Notes under the pieces: model-generated
What the model was told of the DNA's origin: nothing
Seen by the model: only the letters and a program-made list of their open reading frames with translations
The model's database searches: none
Shown here: positions 1 to 7,792 of the stretch, piece by piece
Layout: the number at the start of each line of letters is the position of its first letter
Position numbering within the stretch: position 1 is the first letter of the stretch
Made by a program: the position numbers and the translations under genes
Assembly (NCBI GenBank): GCA_963827235.1
Contig: CAWHAE010000010.1
Coordinates: 928,001-992,000, forward strand
Direction: 5' to 3'
Length of the DNA: 64,000 bases
Source of the DNA: an uncultured bacterium
GTDB taxonomy: Bacteria > Chloroflexota > UBA5177 > JANWHV01

Positions 1-448
1 AGGTGTTGAGCGAGAAGGGCACGGTACTGGTCTGGAAGCCGGATAGGACGTAACGGCCGGCATAGTCGGTGTTCGCCGACTGAATGCCTTCCTGCACGAG
101 CTGGCCGACCTGCGTCGCCAGTGTCTGCATTTCATCGGTGGTCAACGTGCCGTCGCCGCCCTGCACGGCCAGCGCTCGCGCTTGCGTCAAGGCGCTGTTC
201 ACACCCTCCAGCGCGCTTGTGGTCGATTGCAGCCAGGCGAGGGTGTCGGACGCCGTGCTGCTGAACTGTGTATTCTGGTCCTCGCTCGCCTGGAGGCGCA
301 GTGCGATCGAGGTACCATAGGGATCATCGGCCGGTGAGTTGACGTTGCGGTCGGTCGAGACAACGTTCTCTGCCCGAGCCAGGTTCTCGTATGCCGAGTT
401 GATCTGGTACTCACGCGTGGCGACAATCTGGCGGTCGCTGATACGCAC
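1..448 (-). CDS. flgL: Flagellar hook-associated protein 3 (FlgL), 5' part; runs off the window edge
   Basis: Not in the ORF track. Manual translation from GTG at 448 (GGAGG upstream) gives MRISDRQIVATREYQINSAYENLARAENVVSTDRNVNSPADDPYG...ANTDYAGRYVLSGFQT, a flagellin-N/FlgL pattern. Directly downstream of flgK. Confidence 0.9.
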   Translation of the reverse strand, partial: MRISDRQIVATREYQINSAYENLARAENVVSTDRNVNSPADDPYGTSIALRLQASEDQNTQFSSTASDTLAWLQSTTSALEGVNSALTQARALAVQGGDGTLTTDEMQTLATQVGQLVQEGIQSANTDYAGRYVLSGFQTSTVPFSLNT

Positions 449-460
449 GATTCTGCCTCC

Positions 461-1862
461 TAGCTCAACATCTCGAGATCATGTCGGAGATCGTCTGGTT
501 CATGATGGAGACCACATGAGCGCAAGCCTCGTAGGCGTTCTGATATGACAGCAGGTTGCTGGCCTCTTCGTTCGTGGACACACCGGCCACGGAGCTCTCC
601 TGGTCATTGAGCTGGCTGAAGCACCTGCGTGCCCGTGTCCACATTGGCTGTAGCCTGCTGGCCGTCCACGCCAAGCTTGGTAATGATGGCGTTGTACTGC
701 GATTCTAGCGTCGAGGTCTGCCCGGCTGGGCACGTTCTCGGCGAGATCGGCAATCTCCAGGGCGACGCTGCCGTCACTGGGCGCGTTGGCACTCGCCGAC
801 GCCGCGACGTTCGTAGGATCGGACACGATCGAGGAGTTCACGGCAATGGAGCTTGCCGTGGTTCCCTGTAAAGAAGTCCAGACCGGTGGCACCGTTGCTG
901 CCGTATCCCGTCTCGTGAAGGGCGTTGACGGCGCTGGCCACGTTCGCGGCGAGCGAGTTCAGCGCGTCGAGCCGCGACTGGATGGTAACGTCGCGGTCGG
1001 TGATCGCGCCGCCGAGCGTGCCACCCGACACAGTCAACAGGTGTAGTCGAGCCTTCGAAGGTGACGTCGGAGAACTGGGCATTGGTCGTGGACGGCGTAG
1101 TCGCCAGGTTGAACGACGACGTACCCCTGCACCAGCGCACCGCCGCCCGTGAGCGAGATGTTCATGGCGCCACTGGACGACACGCTATACTGCACGCCGA
1201 CTATGTCGGACAGCTGGCTGAGCAGTTTGTCGCGGGAGTCCTCCAGATCGTTCGGGGCCTGACCGAGCGCCTGCACCTCGGTAATCTGCTGGTTCAGGGT
1301 CGCGATCTGGCCGGTGATCCCATTGATCTGGGAGACCAGCGAGCCGACCTGCGTATTCTCATCGCTCTGCATGGTGGTCAGCGACGACGCCAGCGGACTG
1401 GAAGCCGTTAGCAAGCTGCTCGCCGCTGGACACCACCGCCTCGCTCACGGCATCGCTCGACGGATCGTTCGCCAGCGATTGCCAGGAGCTGAAGAAATTG
1501 CTCAGCAGCGAGCCAAATCCGCTACTGGTCGGCTCGTTGAAGAGCTCGGTGACATTTGTCAGGGTCGTGCTCGTGCCCTCACGCTGCGACTGCTGGCTGT
1601 TCTGGTAGACGATCTGCTGCTCCACGAAGTCGTCGTGGGCTCGCGATATCGAGCCGACCGTGGCGCCGGTACCGATCTGCCCGGCGCCGGCGGGCAGGAG
1701 CGAGGCGTCGCTCACCGGGGCCGTGGTCACGATGTTCACAATCTGCCGCGAGTAGCCGTCCGTGGTGGCGTTGGCAATGTTGTGGCCGGTGGTGTCGATG
1801 GCCACCTGCTCGGCCTCCATCGCGCGCAGTACCGTGTTGATACCGAGAGTAAGCCCTGGCAT
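461..1862 (-). pseudogene. flgK: Flagellar hook-associated protein 1 (FlgK), split by about 6 frameshifts (likely sequencing indels)
   Basis: Starts MPGLTLGINTVLRAMEAEQVAIDTTGHNIANATTDGYSRQ (ATG 1862, GGAGG RBS). Continues through ORFs 1034-1414 (PNDLEDSRDKLLSQLS), 838-1140, 774-1082 (LNSLAANVASAVNALH), 500-892, 604-792 and 465-674 (AGVSTNEEASNLLSYQNAY). Confidence 0.9.
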
Positions 1863-1864
1863 GG

Positions 1865-2383
1865 CTAAGCTGACCTCCACACTTGGCGATGCGGCCTGCT
1901 GCCCGACATCTCTCGCTCTCCGTGTGGCCCATACATGGGCGTCCCGCCGGCCGGCACACACGTGCGGCGCACCGTGGCCAGAGCGCTGCGCGACAGGACG
2001 CCGCAATGATGCTGCAGCGCCTGCAGGCGCACCAGCGTTTGCAAGAGATCACTGCGAAGTCGCGCGAGCTCGGCTGCCTCGTCGGGCGGAAGCAAAGTGA
2101 GCAGCGCGGTGATGGTCAGTCTACCGTTGGGCGAGCCCTTCGTGTCGCAGCCGGCCAGGGACCGCGTCAGGGCCAGCTCGGCTTGCCGCCGCCGCCGTTC
2201 CGCGGCCTCCATCTTGCTGAAGGCCGCCGTCTGCGCCATCACCGCCGTCTGTACCGCCGCGGGCTTGCCAGCCACGAGAGTGGCTATGAGCTCACCGGAG
2301 CACTCCACGCACCGCGTGTACTCAACCAGCAGATCCCGCATGGCTTGCAAAAGCGGTTCCACGACTCGAGGCGCGATCTTCAT
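1865..2383 (-). CDS. flgN: Flagellar export chaperone FlgN-like
   Basis: Helical 172-aa protein between flgM and flgK, the canonical position. C-terminal YGPHG resembles the FlgN Y-x-x-x-G motif. Confidence 0.7.
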   Translation of the reverse strand: MKIAPRVVEPLLQAMRDLLVEYTRCVECSGELIATLVAGKPAAVQTAVMAQTAAFSKMEAAERRRRQAELALTRSLAGCDTKGSPNGRLTITALLTLLPPDEAAELARLRSDLLQTLVRLQALQHHCGVLSRSALATVRRTCVPAGGTPMYGPHGEREMSGSRPHRQVWRSA

Positions 2384-2385
2384 TC

Positions 2386-2694
2386 CTACGCAATCCCGCT
2401 CGGTTGCGTCAACTTTGTTGCCAAGTTTTCTTCGTTAACCTGGTAGGCTCCGCTCTTGACCTCGCTTCGAAGCTGTGCCACCGTGGCCTCATCGACGTCG
2501 GACGCCGTCTGCACAGCACTGAGTGCGAGAGCTTGGCGTCTACCCTGGGCAGAGATTACAGCCATGTCAGCCCTCTGAGATGTTGCCGACGAAGTTCCGC
2601 CGGTTGTCTGTCCCTGCGTGATCCCTTGGCTGGGATCGGTAGTGCTTCGGTAGGCCGCTTGAGCATCCCGCGCAGACGTGTTGTTGACCTTCAT
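2386..2694 (-). CDS. flgM: Anti-sigma-28 factor FlgM
   Basis: DMAVISAQGR...DVDEATVAQLRSEVKSGAYQVNEENLATKL matches the FlgM C-terminus. ATG at 2694 follows GGAGGTG. Confidence 0.88.
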   Translation of the reverse strand: MKVNNTSARDAQAAYRSTTDPSQGITQGQTTGGTSSATSQRADMAVISAQGRRQALALSAVQTASDVDEATVAQLRSEVKSGAYQVNEENLATKLTQPSGIA

Positions 2695-2765
2695 AGAGGT
2701 CACCTCCTCTCCAGCTCCGGAGGCTCACGTGACGCGAACCTCCGTATTGCTGCCTCTCGCTATTG

Positions 2766-2792
2766 CAATCGACCGGATTGGTCGATTCTTTA
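2766..2792 (-). promoter_or_regulatory. Putative sigma-28 (FliA) promoter for flgM-flgN-flgK-flgL
   Basis: Minus strand TAAA-N15-GTCGATTG versus consensus TAAA-N15-GCCGATAA, with exact spacing, about 70 nt upstream of flgM. Confidence 0.6.
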
Positions 2793-2811
2793 GTGGTCGC
2801 GGAGGGCAACT

Positions 2812-3579
2812 TTAGCGAGCTGAAATACTCACAACGTTATTGACAAGTGTGTCGACGGTTTGCAGCGCCTTGCTGTTGGCTTGGAATTGCCGCTCCGCTT
2901 GGATGAGTTCGACCATCTGCGCCGCCAAGTCGACGGTGGATGCCAGGCGATAGCCGCTCATCACGCGGACCGCACCGGAGTTCGACGTCTGGGGCCGTCC
3001 GGAGCTCAGGGTCTCCGTATACACTCCTTCGCCCGCGTCGCTGAGGTTCTGCTGGGCCGGAAAAGTGACCGTTGAAATCGTGCCTATCTGTACGGTCTTG
3101 CCGGTGCGGTCGGTGCCCGTCACGTTGCCTTTGCCGTCCACGGTGATGTCGGATACCGTTCCAGTTGTCTGAAGCGGTGGTACCAGGGAAAGTCCATCCG
3201 TGGTCACGATCTTGCCGTCAGGCTGTTGTTCGAGCGAGATCTGCGGTGAATACACCACCTGTCCGCCTGCCTGCCGAAGCTCGAACATGCCCTGACCTTC
3301 GATAGCCAGGTCAAGCGGATTCCCGGTCGCCTGCAGCGAGGTTGTGCCGTCGATCGTCTCGGTGGCCACGCTCAGGGCACCCATGCCGACGTTCGTGGCC
3401 GCGGACGAGGTGTCAAAGACGGAGGCGGACACCTGAGACTGCGACGGCAGGCTGTTGACGATCGGCTCCTGCTCCGCAAAGCCTTGCGAATTGAGGTTGG
3501 CGATGTTGTTGGCGACCACGTTGAGCTGGAACTCGGCGCCCTGCATTCCCGCCTGCGGCACGCCGTATAACCCGTTCAT
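2812..3579 (-). CDS. flgG: Flagellar basal-body rod protein FlgG-like
   Basis: LNVVANNIANLNSQGF, TGNPLDLAIEGQGMF and STVDLAAQMVELIQAERQFQANSK rod/hook motifs. Confidence 0.8.
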   Translation of the reverse strand: MNGLYGVPQAGMQGAEFQLNVVANNIANLNSQGFAEQEPIVNSLPSQSQVSASVFDTSSAATNVGMGALSVATETIDGTTSLQATGNPLDLAIEGQGMFELRQAGGQVVYSPQISLEQQPDGKIVTTDGLSLVPPLQTTGTVSDITVDGKGNVTGTDRTGKTVQIGTISTVTFPAQQNLSDAGEGVYTETLSSGRPQTSNSGAVRVMSGYRLASTVDLAAQMVELIQAERQFQANSKALQTVDTLVNNVVSISAR

Positions 3580-4346
3580 GTGCTCACCTTCCCAAGGTCG
3601 CTGACGGCGAGGCCGACGGTTGCATCTTCGATTTGCAGCATCTTCGAGGCTGCTTCGTAAGCTCGCTGCGCCGAGATCATATTGGTAGTTTGCGCCGTCA
3701 TGTCCACGTTCGATCCCTCGAGATAGCCCTGCAGCACGGCGACACCGCTGGTACCCGCCTGCACCTTGGTCCCGGGCCCGACGTAGTAGCCGCCACCGAG
3801 CTCGGAAAGCGGCTGTCCTGTTGGGACCTGGGCCAGTCCCAGCGTGACGCCCGCTTTGCCGTCGACGGAAAGCTGCCCGTTGCGGCTGATCGTCAGATTT
3901 CCAGCAGGCACCTTGATAACCTTGCCGTTTGAGTCGAGAACGCGGTAGCCCTGGGACGTAATGAGATCACCATCGGCTGCGCGCTGGAAGTTCCCGTTTC
4001 GCGTAAGGAGGGTCTGTGTGCCGGACTGAACGGTGAAGAAGGCATTGCCATCGATCATGACGTCGAGCGGAGATCCCGTGTGTTTCGGCGCTCCCATCGA
4101 AAGATCGAGACCGTAGTCCCTGACGGTCGGCGCACTGCCTACGGCGCCCACGGTGTTGACCTCCAGGCTGACTGTATTATCGGATGCGGTGCTCGTGCCG
4201 GCCAGCACGCTGCTGAAGTCCTGCAGTACGCCTTGGTGCGCTTTGTAGCCGGGTGTCTCCATATTTGACAGGTTATCGGCTATGTTCGTCTCGATATTGA
4301 ACTGGGCAAGCATGGCGTTTGCGGCTGTATAGACACCAGTATCCAC
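3576..4346 (-). CDS. flgF: Flagellar basal-body rod protein FlgF/FlhO-like
   Basis: IADNLSNMETPGYK, TGSPLDVMIDGNAFF, TRNGNF and QGYLEGSNVD motifs. GTG at 4346 follows GAGGAGG. Confidence 0.75.
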   Translation of the reverse strand: MDTGVYTAANAMLAQFNIETNIADNLSNMETPGYKAHQGVLQDFSSVLAGTSTASDNTVSLEVNTVGAVGSAPTVRDYGLDLSMGAPKHTGSPLDVMIDGNAFFTVQSGTQTLLTRNGNFQRAADGDLITSQGYRVLDSNGKVIKVPAGNLTISRNGQLSVDGKAGVTLGLAQVPTGQPLSELGGGYYVGPGTKVQAGTSGVAVLQGYLEGSNVDMTAQTTNMISAQRAYEAASKMLQIEDATVGLAVSDLGKVST

Positions 4347-4362
4347 GGGGACCTCCTCTCCT

Positions 4363-5049
4363 TCAGGCTCCGGAACGCTGCTCGTAGGCATGAACCAAGG
4401 GGCCCCCTCCCGTCGAGGGGAGGTTGTGAATGGTTACCGGTGCGTGCACGTGGCCGGTATAGGTCGGATGATGGCCAGGAGTAGCGACCACGCCGGGAAT
4501 CGCCGTCGGTAGAGGCGTGCCGCCGAGGCCATATCCGGGCGAACCCGACGTGGACGTAGCGGCCGCGGCCGGTGTGGCCGGAACGAGGCCTGCGAGGCTG
4601 CGGTCCGACCCCGGCGTCGTCGACGAGTCGCCGGGATGCCAGACGGTCACGAGGATCTCGTTGGCACCCTCCGGAAGGTCCTGCAATAGATAGACGTCCT
4701 GGGTCAGGTCTCCCGCGTAATTGGTGTCAAAGGTGCCCAGGCGCAGCGCCTGCTTGGACTGGGTGTTTGCCACCCACCACATATACTGCTGGCCATTCAA
4801 GAGGTGCGGCAGCAGGTGCACGGTGATGGTAGCCAACTGCTCGGTCGGCCACAGGTGTGCCGAGCCGTACACGTTGGTCGGCCCCCAGTTGGACAGTCCG
4901 TCGATGTACTGCAGCTGAACGGTCACACCCTGTTCCTCCGCGTTGGCGGTCGGCGGCATCGAGCGTCGAACCAACCCGCTTGCGCTCGCCACTGACAGCA
5001 TAACGACGAGAACCAGAGAAACCAGAAATGCCGCGGACCGTTTGTTCAT
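4363..5049 (-). CDS. Secreted or N-anchored protein with an RskA-C-like domain, P/T/G-rich linker and C-terminal LPSTGG
   Basis: ATG 5049 gives MNKRSAAFLVSLVLVVMLSVASA (signal). LPHLLNGQQYMWWV..LGTFDT..ANEILVTV..PG resembles the anti-sigma-K RskA C-terminal domain. Ends NLPSTGGGPLVHAYEQRSGA. Confidence 0.65.
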   Translation of the reverse strand: MNKRSAAFLVSLVLVVMLSVASASGLVRRSMPPTANAEEQGVTVQLQYIDGLSNWGPTNVYGSAHLWPTEQLATITVHLLPHLLNGQQYMWWVANTQSKQALRLGTFDTNYAGDLTQDVYLLQDLPEGANEILVTVWHPGDSSTTPGSDRSLAGLVPATPAAAATSTSGSPGYGLGGTPLPTAIPGVVATPGHHPTYTGHVHAPVTIHNLPSTGGGPLVHAYEQRSGA

Positions 5050-5074
5050 GTAACTACTCACCCGCCGCAGCGGC

Positions 5075-5557
5075 CTATGCTGAGCCTCTTGCATCGCGCG
5101 GCCAGAGCAGCCGCTGCAGCGCCACTCCAGCGGGGTCCATGGCGCGCTCATGAGCCAGGCTGCGGTCTGTGATGGGAGCCTCGGCTCGCCGTGCGGCCAC
5201 GCGTCGCAGCAGGACCTGGTCCACGTCTTCTTCGACTTCCGGTTCCGGCTCGGGCTCTTGCGGCTGCGGCGGAGTGAACTGCAGCACTGCCGCCCGTGGC
5301 GATCGATCCTGAGCCGCGACCGGGGCGACGGCCGGCTCAGCCTTTTCGACCGAGCGGCGCGGTCGCTCATTCAGCCGATCTGCCAGCGTGGCGCTGAGCT
5401 CCTCAGCTTCCGCCACCCAGTCTCGCATTTGCACCAGCGCCCCGCCGGCACGATTGTTAAGCGATTTCATGCTTACCTGTAGCCGCAGCATTGTGGCCGC
5501 CAGTGCAACCAGAGCGACTGCCTCGACAATACTCACGGCAAGTGCGATTACGATCAT
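5075..5557 (-). CDS. Membrane-anchored coiled-coil protein downstream of fliA (SwrB/DUF2802-like)
   Basis: N-terminal TM, coiled coil and short HTH-like C-terminus (TDRSLAHERAMDPAGVALQRL). Overlaps the fliA stop, the same position as swrB after sigD in Bacillus. Confidence 0.55.
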   Translation of the reverse strand: MIVIALAVSIVEAVALVALAATMLRLQVSMKSLNNRAGGALVQMRDWVAEAEELSATLADRLNERPRRSVEKAEPAVAPVAAQDRSPRAAVLQFTPPQPQEPEPEPEVEEDVDQVLLRRVAARRAEAPITDRSLAHERAMDPAGVALQRLLWPRDARGSA

Positions 5558-6342
5558 GCTCGTGCCTCTTTCTTCTTCTTGGCGTCTATGCCGCCGTCTA
5601 CGTAGGCGCGAATGCGCATGATGGCACGTGCGTGCAGCTGCCAGACGCGGGACTCGCAGATGTCCAGCACCTTACCGATCTCACGCAGCGTCAGCGAGCG
5701 TTCATAGTAGAGTGACAGCACCAGGCGCTCACGCTCCTCGAGCCGGCGAATAGCGGTGATCACGTGCATCCGGAGCTCACGCTCCTCGATCTGCTGGCTC
5801 GGCGTCGCGGCTTCGTCCGCGATGATATCCATCAGCGTGACGGTAGCCTCCTCGCCGCCCGGAGCGCGAACCGGCTTCTGCAGCGACACGAAGCTGCTCA
5901 CCGCGTCCGCCATCGCGCGGTGCATTTGGGTCACGGTGAGGCCAAGAGCCTCGGCCACCTCTTCCTCCTCCGGTGCCCGTCCCAGGAGCTCCTCGAGGTG
6001 CAAAAGCATGGCCTGGATTTCCTTGGCACGCTTGCGCGAGCTCCGCGGAACCCAATCCGCGGCGCGCAGGGCATCGATGATGCTGCCCTTGATACGGCCC
6101 GTGGCAAACGTCTCAAAGCTTACGCCGAAGCTCACGTCATAGCGGTCGACGGCCTCTATCAGGCCGATCGTGCCGTAGCCGAGCAGGTCATCCTTGCCGA
6201 GAACCTGCGGCAACACGACCATCATCCGCCCAACAATGCGTCGTACCAGCGGAGCATATTCCAGTATCATCTGCTCGCGGTCGACAGTGTTGAGACCCGT
6301 CACCGGGCGTACCGCATTAGCGAGAGGGCTCATTACGGCCAC
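5554..6342 (-). CDS. fliA: RNA polymerase sigma-28 factor FliA/WhiG/SigD
   Basis: DDLLGYGTIGLIEAVDRYD, FETFATGRIKGSIIDALRAADW and LTLREIGKVLDICESRVWQLH. Confidence 0.95.
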   Translation of the reverse strand: MAVMSPLANAVRPVTGLNTVDREQMILEYAPLVRRIVGRMMVVLPQVLGKDDLLGYGTIGLIEAVDRYDVSFGVSFETFATGRIKGSIIDALRAADWVPRSSRKRAKEIQAMLLHLEELLGRAPEEEEVAEALGLTVTQMHRAMADAVSSFVSLQKPVRAPGGEEATVTLMDIIADEAATPSQQIEERELRMHVITAIRRLEERERLVLSLYYERSLTLREIGKVLDICESRVWQLHARAIMRIRAYVDGGIDAKKKKEARA

Positions 6343-6400
6343 GCAGCATCTCCTTCGAAGGGCTCAGGCATTGAGAAGTCCGGCGCATCTGACGACCACC

Positions 6401-6676
6401 TCAACGCTCTCCCGACTCATCTGCACTCGCCACGTCCCCAAGGCGTGCAGTAGTACCGGAGCCGCCCACTTTCTCATTGGCGATTCTTGCTAAAGCATCC
6501 TCTACAGTTCTCAGTAAGGCTATAGCCAAAAGAGCTACTACCAAGCTTGCTATCCCTGCCCTCACGAACGCATCCAGCGTCGCGGCGCCGTCGGTGATGC
6601 CGAGCGCCGCCACGGCAAAGAAGACGCCGGTTACCACTACCGAGATCAGCCTTCGCAACCTGAGGACCGGCAGCAT
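6401..6676 (-). CDS. Small two-TM hypothetical membrane protein
   Basis: Two hydrophobic segments. Fills the gap between flhF and fliA, co-oriented. Confidence 0.6.
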   Translation of the reverse strand: MLPVLRLRRLISVVVTGVFFAVAALGITDGAATLDAFVRAGIASLVVALLAIALLRTVEDALARIANEKVGGSGTTARLGDVASADESGER

Positions 6677-6682
6677 CCGGGG

Positions 6683-7792
6683 CTACCCTCTCTTCCTAGA
6701 AGCCAGCGTGACGCCGAGCGCCGTTCGCACGATGGTGGCAAGGCTGGGCGTCGCCGCGGATGAAGTCAAGTTCTGCCCGCGCACGACCATGCCGACAGGC
6801 TGGTGGGCACAGGCGAGGGCGCCGATCGCGGGCATCACGTTGCGGGTCTCGTCGATACGAGAGAGCACCGCCAGGGGGTTCTTAGCCGCTTGTCGAGCCT
6901 TGGCCAGGAAGTCGACGTTGTCATCGCACTGAGCCGTTGCCGGCACGCAGAGCACTTTCTTGGCGCCGTGCAACGGCCACGTCACCGCGCTGTCGCCCAG
7001 CTCGGCGTCATTGGTCGGCGCCCATGCCGACGCCTGCGCGAGCAACAGCGTTTTCGCGCTGCAGCTGCGCTGCACTTCACGGAGCTCGTCCATGGAATAG
7101 GCGTGCGCGACGCGGCAGTTGAATACTTTGCCGAGCGCATCCATCTCTGCCGCGGCGCCGATGCGGTCGATCTCGGTGTTGACGAGCACGATGTCGCGCT
7201 GGCCTCTCTTTACCCCGGCGAGTGCGATAGTGGCGATCAGCACGCTGCGGCCAGAACCCGCCGGACCGCCGATGACGTACGAGCCGGCGAATGGCTCACT
7301 GGCGGGGATGAGCGGGTCTCCGGCGATGCGCAGCAGGATCTGCTCGACCAGCGCCCAGCGCGCGTCCTGCTCGCTCTCCACTACCTGGTTGCCGTATTCA
7401 GCGACGATCTCGGCGATCAGCTCGGTCACCAGGGCGGCAGGCAGGCCACGGCCCACGAGCTCCCGTGAGAGCGAGCGGAGCGGCACCAGCTGCTTCTCCA
7501 GGTCAGGACCGGCGGCCGCGATCCTTGCTGCCGCCGGGGCGCGGGCGCTGCCCGCGACGGGCGCCTGAGCCTGCTGCTCGGGCATCTGCTTCGGCTGTGG
7601 TGCCGGCTGGTACGCGCGTTGCGCGAACGACCGGCGGCTCGCGACGCCTTCCTGCGGCGGCTGAGGACTGGGCGTCTCCTGCGGCGTCGACTTGAACGAT
7701 CGGAACACTGCCGGCCTGACGCGGGCTACGCCGGGAGCAACAGGCTCGGCAACCTCCTCTAGCTGGCTTCTATCTGTTTGCAAGTTCAACAT
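6683..7792 (-). CDS. flhF: FlhF-like SRP-family protein with degenerate GTPase motifs
   Basis: Follows flhA. Low-complexity B region, then GPAGSGRS (P-loop position), DRIGAAAEM, LSRIDET and RGQNL at FlhF motif positions. Confidence 0.7.
   Translation of the reverse strand: MLNLQTDRSQLEEVAEPVAPGVARVRPAVFRSFKSTPQETPSPQPPQEGVASRRSFAQRAYQPAPQPKQMPEQQAQAPVAGSARAPAAARIAAAGPDLEKQLVPLRSLSRELVGRGLPAALVTELIAEIVAEYGNQVVESEQDARWALVEQILLRIAGDPLIPASEPFAGSYVIGGPAGSGRSVLIATIALAGVKRGQRDIVLVNTEIDRIGAAAEMDALGKVFNCRVAHAYSMDELREVQRSCSAKTLLLAQASAWAPTNDAELGDSAVTWPLHGAKKVLCVPATAQCDDNVDFLAKARQAAKNPLAVLSRIDETRNVMPAIGALACAHQPVGMVVRGQNLTSSAATPSLATIVRTALGVTLASRKRG

Noticed and set aside
461-1420. Programmed frameshifting or phase variation in flgK
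   Set aside because: There are too many shifts and no single long homopolymer or slippery tract.
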